This document shows, piece by piece, positions 55,910-64,000 of a stretch of 64,000 bases of DNA. The stretch covers positions 1,334 to 65,333 of the IMG/VR virus record IMGVR_UViG_3300045996_004585, one strand, 5' to 3'. The position numbers and the translations under genes were made by a program. The notes under the pieces are model-generated. The model had not been told where the DNA came from, did not search any database, and was given only the letters and a program-made list of their open reading frames with translations. Positions within the stretch are counted from its first letter, which is position 1, and the number at the start of each line of letters is the position of its first letter. The stretch comes from a virus (lineage: Duplodnaviria > Heunggongvirae > Uroviricota > Caudoviricetes).

Positions 55910-58065
55910 TGCGTACACCAATAAGTGCTATGCAGAAAACAGCACGCACAACGCTTTACCACGTTACTCCACAAGCCAACAGAGAGAGCATCTTGGCTGA
56001 AGGATTAAATCCTGCCTATGCCCCTGGTCGTGATTACGTGTGGCTATGGGATGATCCACAGGAGATGTCTGAAATACTTGTTAATAGTCTGACGTGGGGC
56101 GGGGATCGAACACCCGATGTTTGGCTGGTTGATGGTTCCGGTATCCAATTGCAACGTGATCCCCATCCAAGTGGCTGGGCGCATGCATTTGCTACGCGCG
56201 ATGCGATCCCGCCCGATAGACTCCAACTGATGCCTCCTGAAAGGTTCTCTCTAGCCCGAACCAGTAATATTTTCGACCCAATCGAGAAGTCGCTCGACCA
56301 ACAGGTGTTCCGGGGCATCGAGCCACGGCAGCACCACATTGACTGGATTCTTAGACTGTACGCACGAGCGCTGATGCAGCGATTCGGCGTCCAGGGAGAC
56401 GGCTGGACTGACCTGTACTTCACTGGCTCGCTGACGACCTATCAGTACAGCGAGACAAGCGATGCTGACATCTCTGTCTTCGCCAACTGGGATCGTTTCA
56501 CTGAAGAGCTAGGCATGGATGTTCAGACGACTCGTAAGGAGTTGATCGCCATGAGCATCGACCATCTCGATGGAACCTTCCTCCCAGGCACCACGCACCC
56601 GCTACAGTTCTTTGTAGTACCCCAGGGAGTACTTCCATCCGACCTGTACCAGCCGGGGCTTAGAAGCGCTTACAGCCTCGATGACCGTATGTGGTATCAG
56701 GAACCTGAGCCGGATCGTGTTCACGAGATTGCTGTCGAGCTACCGGAATTCATGGCTCGTGCCGCTGATATGGCTGAAAAGATGACTGAAATGCTCGACC
56801 ACGATCCTGAGTCTGCCCGCCAACTCTGGCACGACATTCACAAGAAGCGTCAGCTTGATCAGCAGGCAGGGCTTGGTGACTTTAGTGAAGGGAACATCGT
56901 CTATAAGTACCTGCTTCACGAGGGGCTGTTCGACCGCATCCGTGAAGAACTAGGCGAGTACATCGCCAAGACGGCCATTTCACGTGGACAGGCTTGGGTC
57001 TATGATCCTAAAACTGACACGCTAGCTTCTGGCCATCCTTTTCATGCGCACGTTTTGCATGATATGGGTTATCATTCTGGCAAAGACCCGGCACTTCATG
57101 GATTTATCTATGGTGTCGTCAACGATGCTGGACTATATTCTGTGTTGATCAAAACTGATTTTCCTACGGTGGATTACCGTGACTACATTCCTCAGATTGA
57201 GGTCAAGCTGACAGAACTGATGGGCATGCCCGTTAAGAATCGGTGGGTACTAGAGGATAGCGACCGGCTGAGTCAGAGGAAAGTTGCAGCACTCCTTGAT
57301 GAAGAGACAATCGCTGATCTAACTGCTCACATCTACGAGCTAGCGGAGAAATATAGAATTGAGATTCGATGGGGAGAAGATAGGCATAATGCTTGGGCTG
57401 CGCCTGATCTTGTCATGACTCCGCAAATTCGCTATGACATCGATTACCTTGTGGCTCTTCATGAGGTAGGCCACGTTGTCTTGCAGATGGAAGGGCAGCA
57501 CCCTGACTGGGAGTTTTACGACGAATGGTCAGAGGTTGAGGAAGAGGCTCAAGTCTGGCGGTGGGCACTCGATAACACGATCATTCCTATTAGCCCGGAG
57601 ATGCTACGTCAAGCGAAGTGGGATTTGGGCACGTACTATGAGCATGCTACCCAGACATTTGGCAAGCCGCGCGAACCAGAGGAAGTTGGAGAGAATTACA
57701 GATGGCTTCTCAATTTCCAGAGCGCCAACCTTTGGGATAGAGTTACGACCAAGGTCATCTACGACTTTGACAAAGACCAGATTGTGCTTGGAACACAGGC
57801 AACCCTAGCTGACTTGCCACATTCTAAGATCATCGGGGAGTACGCCGACGAGGCAGTTACTCTCTTTGAAGCAGAGAAGCAGTGGATCAACCCCGGTTAC
57901 TTCCACCGCTTATGGCAGCACACCTTCCCGAATCGACCGCTCAAGGATGTCTACTACCGGCGCGGCGACAACTCGGAATACAAACTCAAGACAAGGGTAA
58001 AGCAATGGACGCGAGGCGACTTAGAAGACGGGCCGTATCCATGGGAAGACGGCGATACAGATTAG
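55909..58065 (+). CDS. multidomain protein: Tpt1/KptA-like ART-fold N-domain, minimal nucleotidyltransferase motif, one copy of the giant-protein module, HExxH zincin motif
   Basis: N-terminal TLYHVTPQANRESILAEGLNP ... AIPPDRLQLM (paralogous to the 53350 N-terminus); NTase motif FTGSLTTYQYSETSDADISVF; module WVYDPKTDTLASGHPFHAHVLHDMGY; zincin motif ALHEVGHVVL. Confidence 0.6.
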   Translation: MRTPISAMQKTARTTLYHVTPQANRESILAEGLNPAYAPGRDYVWLWDDPQEMSEILVNSLTWGGDRTPDVWLVDGSGIQLQRDPHPSGWAHAFATRDAIPPDRLQLMPPERFSLARTSNIFDPIEKSLDQQVFRGIEPRQHHIDWILRLYARALMQRFGVQGDGWTDLYFTGSLTTYQYSETSDADISVFANWDRFTEELGMDVQTTRKELIAMSIDHLDGTFLPGTTHPLQFFVVPQGVLPSDLYQPGLRSAYSLDDRMWYQEPEPDRVHEIAVELPEFMARAADMAEKMTEMLDHDPESARQLWHDIHKKRQLDQQAGLGDFSEGNIVYKYLLHEGLFDRIREELGEYIAKTAISRGQAWVYDPKTDTLASGHPFHAHVLHDMGYHSGKDPALHGFIYGVVNDAGLYSVLIKTDFPTVDYRDYIPQIEVKLTELMGMPVKNRWVLEDSDRLSQRKVAALLDEETIADLTAHIYELAEKYRIEIRWGEDRHNAWAAPDLVMTPQIRYDIDYLVALHEVGHVVLQMEGQHPDWEFYDEWSEVEEEAQVWRWALDNTIIPISPEMLRQAKWDLGTYYEHATQTFGKPREPEEVGENYRWLLNFQSANLWDRVTTKVIYDFDKDQIVLGTQATLADLPHSKIIGEYADEAVTLFEAEKQWINPGYFHRLWQHTFPNRPLKDVYYRRGDNSEYKLKTRVKQWTRGDLEDGPYPWEDGDTD

Positions 58066-58242
58066 ACGGCAACAAGTTTTGGGCGGGCACAGCTATCGGT
58101 CTTGGCGTTTGGGAGACGACCGCCATCACAACTAAGAAGGTTCCGACCATCACTAAGACGTGCCAATCAGCACGGAGTAGATACCGCCGCCGCGCTGAAG
58201 TGGTGATTGCTATGTGGCTCTTGGGCTTAGCTGCCCACCTGT

Positions 58243-58503
58243 TCAAGCAATAATCTGATAGAACGGGCCGCTCATGATCTTCTCTGCGGCCTTGCGAATC
58301 TCAGGATCGTCGGACTTGAGCGCGACATCGAGTGCCGCGAACATATCCATTGCGGCCTCCGCGCCAAGGCTTGATGCCTTGAGTGCCTTGTCCTGAACCG
58401 CATTGAGGCGAGTTACAAGCCCTCGATTGCGTCCGCCTGGGCGAGCCACCTTGATGAGCCTCTCGGCCATCTCATGCGTGTACATTGAATCATGCGTCGG
58501 CAT
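58243..58503 (-). CDS. hypothetical protein
   Basis: First gene of a short minus-strand cluster; stop overlaps the next minus gene. Confidence 0.4.
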   Translation of the reverse strand: MPTHDSMYTHEMAERLIKVARPGGRNRGLVTRLNAVQDKALKASSLGAEAAMDMFAALDVALKSDDPEIRKAAEKIMSGPFYQIIA

Positions 58504-58909
58504 TGTTTTCCCTCCACTCTTGGTTGTATCTTTCCATGAACTTCTCTAGCGGGCCACCCCAGCGCCAATCGCCGTCTACGAACTTGTGGCCCTCTATCTT
58601 GAGCATCCACGTGAACATCTCGCGGAAGACCCCCTCGTTTTGGTACGAAGGATTGACATAGGCAGAACGGAGGAAAATGAAGTCTCCCTCGTCTGACCAC
58701 GTTAGGGAGCCGATCAGGTCGGCTCCGTCGAAAGCGTTGATGCCATAGCGGGTGCGGCCTTCAAACTCTGGCTCAAAGACCAGAGTGGCGCTGTTCCAGT
58801 TAAGGAATTCGTCTCCCGCTTGGATACGCTGATACTCAACCATCTGCTGGCTCAATCTCAATCTGGTAGTGCCAACAGAGATTTGGGTAGTGTGCATCAC
58901 GATCATCAC
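58490..58909 (-). CDS. hypothetical protein (possible GNAT-like fold)
   Basis: SAYVNPSYQNEGVFREMFTWM is weakly reminiscent of acetyltransferase motif A; low confidence. Confidence 0.35.
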   Translation of the reverse strand: MMIVMHTTQISVGTTRLRLSQQMVEYQRIQAGDEFLNWNSATLVFEPEFEGRTRYGINAFDGADLIGSLTWSDEGDFIFLRSAYVNPSYQNEGVFREMFTWMLKIEGHKFVDGDWRWGGPLEKFMERYNQEWRENNADA

Positions 58910-59057
58910 ATGGAAGCTTGGTCACCATGAGAGTTGCCCACTCCCAATGACCTGTCTTGTAATACTCGCCAAAAGCACGGTCGAGCGCTCGTTGTTCAGC
59001 AGACGACTGTTTCCAGCCGCCATCATTAACTTCGCTGCTGATATAGACGAAGGTCAA
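58836..59057 (-). CDS. hypothetical protein
   Basis: Minus-strand ORF. A further 39-aa ORF (59057..59176) read by eye overlaps by ATGA. Confidence 0.35.
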   Translation of the reverse strand: MTFVYISSEVNDGGWKQSSAEQRALDRAFGEYYKTGHWEWATLMVTKLPCDDRDAHYPNLCWHYQIEIEPADG

Positions 59058-59228
59058 TGATCCTCTCGCTCTGCGTCATTGAAGTCATCGCTACCGAAAA
59101 GCTCGATAAGCTCTTCAAGCGTGTAGTCACTCCAATCGAGGCGGGAAGCCTCGCGGATGTTCTCTGCGCTCATCATACTTATATTATAACACACTTTCGA
59201 ACTGCTCGCAAGCGACAGCTAATAGACG

Positions 59229-62200
59229 ATGATAGGCAACTTCCTCTGGGCCGATGGCCAGCTTAAGCTGGTTCCCGGCAACCTCACTCACCCCATGAAG
59301 CTTCTGATGGAGGCTAAGTCCTCCAACTTCTGTGCGGGCGAGTTTCACCTAGATGACCATGGGCCTGACTTCGATAGCATCTCTCTTGAATGGGAAGCTG
59401 GCAAATGCCCTACCGATAACGACTTGCGGCGCATGATCCGTCTAGAGATTGACAGCTACGGTCGAGAGGCACGTTATCGCAAGCGTGTAGCGGCTACTTC
59501 AGAAGACACTGAGCCAGTCGGCAAGGACGTAGGATTCCTTCGTGACCCGCGTCCGAATCTCTACCCTCCACTCTTCCGTGGCAGTGAAGAAATTTCACCT
59601 GATGTCATCGGAAAGCTGAAGGCCCACGTCCTGAATGCATTGGAGGCAGAGCTTCCCAATCCAGACAGTTTTATCTACTTCACCATCTACGGAAGCGGCA
59701 TCTCGTACAACTGGGACGAGGCCGGTGACATGGATGTGCAGATGTGGGTCGATATCGAAAAGTACGAGGGCGAGGACATGACTTCCGATGACCTGATCGC
59801 CACCATTCGCCGTATCGTTCAGCCGATCAACTTCCCGACCTTTAACGACCTTGGCCTTGAATCTCCCGATGACTCGGCTGAGGGCACGATGATGATTCAG
59901 TATTACCCCAAGCCGGGTAGGGGCACGCCCGAAGAGAACCTCGCATCTAAGCCTTATGCCTGCTACGACCTTGAGACAGGCGAGTGGCTAGAGAAGGCGA
60001 AGCCCATCACACCAACTTTCTACGGGGAACACTTCCTCATGCTTGAGCCGAAGTGCGAAGACATCGCACTACAGGCCGAAGCGCTCATTGGCGAGCTAGA
60101 GAGGAATATCCTCAACTGGCAGTTTTGGTACAGCATGTATCAAAGGTTCGACAATGACCACTATCGGGAGCGGTATGAAAAGGCTCAACAAAACGCTGAA
60201 CAGGAGAAGGCAGGAGTCATTGCCCTGTTCGAAGGTGTGTTCGGGGGAAGGGCAAAGGCTTACTCCCCTGAAGGTAAGGGAATCGAAGACGAGCGAGATA
60301 TGGTACAGAAGATGCTTGAGGTCTGGGGAATCTTTCAGAAGCTGAAGCACTACGCTCGTGAGGCATTGCCATGGGAAGAGAAGGAGATGCCGAACGCACC
60401 CAAAAAGACTGCGGGTGGCGACACATGGGATGGCAGTCCTGGTCTATACACTGAGGAACATAACCCACGTGGATTACCTCGCCCAATCTGGAAAGGCATG
60501 CCTGTTCCATGGACAGGTGATTCTGAAATGACATTAGATGGGTATGTACCTAACTTTCCTAACACCAGAGAGGACAGAATGAATCAGGCTGAAAATCTTG
60601 ACCTTTGTTTGCTTTGCGGCCTGGAACTTTCTGATCCTGTAATAGTTTTCGCAGACTCATCAGGCGGCATCGTAGATGGCGGTTTGCACCCTCGTTGCGC
60701 AAAAATCACGAAGGCACATTGCCCCCATTTGCGCGACGATGATGGGTACTACACTCTTATATCTATACCTTTATCTTCTTGGAATCATGGCAACAATGGC
60801 ATCGTGCCAGAAGATAATTTCCTCTTTGAATCTGCCAAGCTGGCTGAAGTCACTGATTCGATCTACGAGGCAATCAGAGCCAGTGGTGGCGGCACGTATG
60901 ATGCTCAAACGCTACAGCCCGCACAGCATTCACATGGATTCTATGTCGGCATCAAAGGCGCTGAGTTAAAGCTGCCCGTCGAAGAGATGACCGACGACAC
61001 CATCGAGGAATACGCGGCACACACCACAACCCCGTTTGTGGGCGCATGGATTAGCGACGGCTATGTCTTCCTAGACAACGTTCTTTGGGTAGAGAATCCT
61101 CACGATGCCACGATCCTTGGCAAGCAGCAAGATCAGCAGGCTATCTGGGACATTCGTAATCAGCGAGAGATTTGGCTCAAGAAGGGCTGGGCTATCACAA
61201 CGATGGCTGAGCGCACGGGCGATCCTGAGCTTGATATGCTGATTGAAGAGTTTAAGGCAAGTGATCCATTTGACCGGGGCATCCTAGACATAGCCCAATA
61301 CGAAGAGTTGCGCGATCCCGAAACGGCAGAAGGTTTGTGTGTGTTGCTCACCAATGCCTTTACTGGCTTCATTCGACGCGAGGGAATTGAGGCTTGGCCA
61401 GCGGATTCTCCTGGCACTATGGGTGGCAATGTTCCAGGGTTCTTTTCGCCCGACGAACTAGGATACGCAGACAGGAAGCGCCCTGGCTTCAATTCACATT
61501 CGGCGGCGATGGTTCGAAAGGACGGCCAGACGTACATGATTGACTTCACACCTGCCCAATATGGTTACTCAGAATTTCCAATGGTGCAGAAGCTCGATGG
61601 CCAGGAGTGGCAACGCGAATGGACAAGCAGTCTGCACAAGACCGCTGACTGGCAGGACATCCAAGACAAGGCACAGCGCTTACGCGGAACAGGTGTTACG
61701 GTTCTTCGCAACGGCTACGAGAACGTGGTTGGTGAGGTTCCGTCCGAGTCTCGCCCTGGCATGATGCACTACCCGGAGATTTGGCGACAAGACCCGAACC
61801 GTGGCACGATCACGCTTTGGGATTGTACCTGCGAGTGGGCAGGCTTCTCGTGGGGCAGAACCCGCCAGTGGAAGAAGTTTGAGGGCCGACCGTGCGCACA
61901 CGTTCTAGCACTGTTTTGGGAGGCGTCAACGCAACCCATTGAAGATGATGCGCAGACGTTCATGCCTACGCCAGAAGAGGAAATTCCACCACCTGGGCAG
62001 CTTACAGACGCCTTGCGCGCTACCGTACCAGGACAGCCGCAGCAGGCACCCGTCATCCCTGGCTCACAACCGACGCAGCCACAGCGTGCGCCCGCTCCAC
62101 CCGTCTCTGAGTTGACCACGGTGAATGAAGCAGAAGATCAACAGCTAACCCTGCCGGGCACATTCTCTCGCTGGTATCGAGCAAGCAACTTCATGAACGG

Positions 62201-62435
62201 CGACTACGTGCGCACCAACGTCAAAGTAGACGGTTTCGATGATCGTGAAACCTACTATGTCGTGCCTCGCAACATGATTGGCGAGGTCATCTGGGCAGAT
62301 GATGAGAGCGCTGTCGTCATCTTCTCAATCAACTCTAAAGCTCTTGGCCCTCATAACGTGCGAGTAGAAGCGCCAGTAGAGTCATTCTCCCTTGTGCCGC
62401 GCACGAGGGGCACAGCCCCAAGGCGAAGACGCTAA
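59229..62435 (+). CDS. multidomain protein with Pol-beta-type nucleotidyltransferase motif, SWIM zinc finger and Pro/Gln-rich linker (1068 aa)
   Basis: N-terminal module copy FLWADGQLKLVPGNLTHPMKLLMEA; NTase motif YGSGISYNWDEAGDMDVQMWVD; SWIM CTCEWAGFSW ... RPCAHVLAL (CxCx(n)CxH); linker PPPGQLTDALRATVPGQPQQAPVIPGSQPTQPQRAP. Confidence 0.6.
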   Translation: MIGNFLWADGQLKLVPGNLTHPMKLLMEAKSSNFCAGEFHLDDHGPDFDSISLEWEAGKCPTDNDLRRMIRLEIDSYGREARYRKRVAATSEDTEPVGKDVGFLRDPRPNLYPPLFRGSEEISPDVIGKLKAHVLNALEAELPNPDSFIYFTIYGSGISYNWDEAGDMDVQMWVDIEKYEGEDMTSDDLIATIRRIVQPINFPTFNDLGLESPDDSAEGTMMIQYYPKPGRGTPEENLASKPYACYDLETGEWLEKAKPITPTFYGEHFLMLEPKCEDIALQAEALIGELERNILNWQFWYSMYQRFDNDHYRERYEKAQQNAEQEKAGVIALFEGVFGGRAKAYSPEGKGIEDERDMVQKMLEVWGIFQKLKHYAREALPWEEKEMPNAPKKTAGGDTWDGSPGLYTEEHNPRGLPRPIWKGMPVPWTGDSEMTLDGYVPNFPNTREDRMNQAENLDLCLLCGLELSDPVIVFADSSGGIVDGGLHPRCAKITKAHCPHLRDDDGYYTLISIPLSSWNHGNNGIVPEDNFLFESAKLAEVTDSIYEAIRASGGGTYDAQTLQPAQHSHGFYVGIKGAELKLPVEEMTDDTIEEYAAHTTTPFVGAWISDGYVFLDNVLWVENPHDATILGKQQDQQAIWDIRNQREIWLKKGWAITTMAERTGDPELDMLIEEFKASDPFDRGILDIAQYEELRDPETAEGLCVLLTNAFTGFIRREGIEAWPADSPGTMGGNVPGFFSPDELGYADRKRPGFNSHSAAMVRKDGQTYMIDFTPAQYGYSEFPMVQKLDGQEWQREWTSSLHKTADWQDIQDKAQRLRGTGVTVLRNGYENVVGEVPSESRPGMMHYPEIWRQDPNRGTITLWDCTCEWAGFSWGRTRQWKKFEGRPCAHVLALFWEASTQPIEDDAQTFMPTPEEEIPPPGQLTDALRATVPGQPQQAPVIPGSQPTQPQRAPAPPVSELTTVNEAEDQQLTLPGTFSRWYRASNFMNGDYVRTNVKVDGFDDRETYYVVPRNMIGEVIWADDESAVVIFSINSKALGPHNVRVEAPVESFSLVPRTRGTAPRRRR

Positions 62436-62674
62436 TGGAGAAGAAAACCCGCAAGAAGAAGTGGGGCGCTTGCCCTGATTGTGCGCAGTTGGTCTATGCT
62501 GCTGTTGGCACTCTGGGCAATCACGTGTGCCCCGAGAAGCTTATAGCCAGGAAAGAGGCCGAACTCGATATCGTAATAGATGCAGAGCTATCAACCTGGG
62601 ATGCAGATGTCAAGAAGTTCTGGCGCTCTAAGGATGTCAAGTTCTACCAACACCTACTAAAGGAAGAGAAGTAA
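62435..62674 (+). CDS. small zinc-ribbon protein
   Basis: CPDC ... NHVCP; TAATG junction. Confidence 0.4.
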   Translation: MEKKTRKKKWGACPDCAQLVYAAVGTLGNHVCPEKLIARKEAELDIVIDAELSTWDADVKKFWRSKDVKFYQHLLKEEK

Positions 62675-63645
62675 TGCAAGACGGAGAATTCTTCTCAGAC
62701 TGGTGGTTCGACAAGATTGCCGGACTAGAGATTCCTGCCAACTATAGCGACGACGATCCGCTCGACCTACAGGGCAAAGAGCCTGTGTTCCAGGCCATGC
62801 ATGTGGATTGGGTCAACCTGCCGCCGATGGAGCAGAAGCAGGCCATCGTCAACGCTTTCCGTGCGACCATGCTCAGCCCGAGGATGAATCTCAAGTCCAA
62901 CGCTATCCTGTACCAAACCCTTATGAGTGTTCCCGCAGATGAGTCTGACCCAGACGTGTTTGAAAAGCTAGTCCGTGAGGTCAAAGCAAAGTGGGATGCC
63001 TACGAGATGGCATTGCGTGCGCAGGAAAGCGGACAGCCTGTCGAGGCTCCCGAAGCCCCCGAGAAGTTCGTTCGTGGGCGCTACATGCCAGGATTCTGGC
63101 AGAACATTCGCAGGCTCGCCAACCTTGGCCCGTACTCTGACGAGCTTCACCGCGTTGCCGTCGAGGACGTACAGATGGGCGGCGGCGGACAACACTTCCG
63201 CAATGAAGTTCTGAAGATGAAGATTCCGGGCGTAGGCGCTAAGGTCGGATCGTTTGCTTGGCTCGCTCTTGCGCCGCTTACCTCTGAGCTAGCGACCATC
63301 GACGTTCACATGATGCGCCACCTGGGGCTACAGCACGAGTCACCCAAGAACGTGAAAGAGTACTTTGCGCTTGAGGAACAACTGCGCGAAGAACGCAACC
63401 AGTCGCCCTACGGCGATACTGTTCCCCTAACCAAGTATCAGTGGGGTGTATGGGATAAGCGCAGGACTCCCGGCTACCATCAGGATCACTCGCCGTTGAG
63501 GGTCTACGAGCCAACCCCGTTCCATGAAGTAGAGTGGCCCACGACGCTGAAAGTTCGCCGCAAGAAAGTTGATCCCAACCAGCAGGAGCTACTGCCCATA
63601 GCGAAATGGACTAGGGCTTCTGTTCCGGCTTGGGTGCGACGTTAA
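62674..63645 (+). CDS. hypothetical protein with helix-hairpin-helix-like element (possible HhH-GPD-type DNA glycosylase-like)
   Basis: IPGVGAKVGSFAWLAL ... IDVHMMRHLGL resembles the L-PGVG-x-x-TA ... (D/V)-x-H-x-x-R element of endonuclease III-like proteins; TAATG junction. Confidence 0.35.
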   Translation: MQDGEFFSDWWFDKIAGLEIPANYSDDDPLDLQGKEPVFQAMHVDWVNLPPMEQKQAIVNAFRATMLSPRMNLKSNAILYQTLMSVPADESDPDVFEKLVREVKAKWDAYEMALRAQESGQPVEAPEAPEKFVRGRYMPGFWQNIRRLANLGPYSDELHRVAVEDVQMGGGGQHFRNEVLKMKIPGVGAKVGSFAWLALAPLTSELATIDVHMMRHLGLQHESPKNVKEYFALEEQLREERNQSPYGDTVPLTKYQWGVWDKRRTPGYHQDHSPLRVYEPTPFHEVEWPTTLKVRRKKVDPNQQELLPIAKWTRASVPAWVRR

Positions 63646-63793
63646 TCACCTTGGCGTCATCAAACACTGAGCCATCCATCTGGGCCTGGAAAAGCTCAGG
63701 CCAAGGGCGTGAACGAACTAGAACGACCTGTGTTGGCTCTTCCAGCAGGCCCAACTTGCGCCAACGCTCAATCTTCTCTTCGTAAGTCATTAC

Positions 63794-64000
63794 TCTACGG
63801 CTCGTAGATGGTCAGGTTGCGGTCGGAGTCGAACGCTTCGCGGATGTCCTCTTCCGCCATACCGATGGCGCGAGCGATGCCGATGATGCCAGAGTTCATG
63901 TGTTCGTGCGTGTCGCCCGAGAAGCCGCCGTCCTGCTCACGAACATACTTGCGCATTGCATCCACAAGAGCGAGCGTGTTGCCCTCGGCCCACCAGCCAA
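63794..64000 (-). CDS. hypothetical protein (C-terminal fragment; gene continues beyond window end)
   Basis: Open minus-strand frame to the window edge ending ...DSDRNLTIYEP*; no assignment. Confidence 0.3.

Noticed and set aside
1-64000. tRNA genes, integrase, transposase or IS elements, which large phages often carry
   Set aside because: No cloverleaf-like structure could be recognised by eye in the few intergenic gaps. No ORF shows tyrosine/serine recombinase or DDE transposase motifs. Absence cannot be proven without tRNAscan-SE or ARAGORN.

Overview
This window reads as a gene-dense segment of a large tailed dsDNA bacteriophage genome with moderately high GC (mid-50s % by eye). Nearly every gene is on the + strand, and many stop/start junctions overlap as TAATG or ATGA. 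No tRNA, CRISPR array, integrase or transposase was recognised. The window breaks into five blocks.

1. 1-9.7 kb: nucleotide metabolism and translation rescue. It holds a dNMP-kinase-like fragment, a HAD deoxyribonucleotidase, a GuaC-like GMP reductase, ThyX, thymidine kinase, an ArfB-like peptidyl-tRNA hydrolase and a PD-(D/E)xK nuclease.

2. 10.7-23.4 kb: lysis and structural genes. It holds a papain-like peptidase, a membrane-anchored beta-helix protein, and three very large fibre/spike proteins (1197, 797 and 830 aa). These three are built from a shared 14-aa (42-nt) tandem peptide repeat and a reused terminal module.

3. 23.7-27.1 kb: a MoxR-type AAA+ ATPase paired with a VWA protein that carries an HExxH N-domain.

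4. 27-42.6 kb: an accessory region. It holds a SpoT/Mesh1-type ppGpp hydrolase, an ATP-dependent DNA ligase, an SPFH protein, PnuC, a MazG-like protein, NadR, a metallophosphoesterase and many small Zn-ribbon and membrane proteins. These are expressed from sigma70-like extended -10 promoters that sit right at the start codons, which looks leaderless.

5. 42.8-62.4 kb: the most unusual locus. A 3504-aa giant polyvalent ORF contains about 20 copies of a roughly 30-aa module of unknown function, an HNH nuclease motif and an HExxH zincin motif. Three further large proteins follow it. Each carries a Pol-beta-type nucleotidyltransferase motif: one is a CCA-adding-enzyme-like NTase+HD protein, and one has a SWIM zinc finger. 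Two have paralogous N-terminal domains that resemble the Tpt1/KptA ADP-ribosyltransferase-fold lobe.

A family of at least 10 small paralogous proteins carrying a duplicated 'GY-DG' aromatic motif is scattered in tandem clusters across the window.
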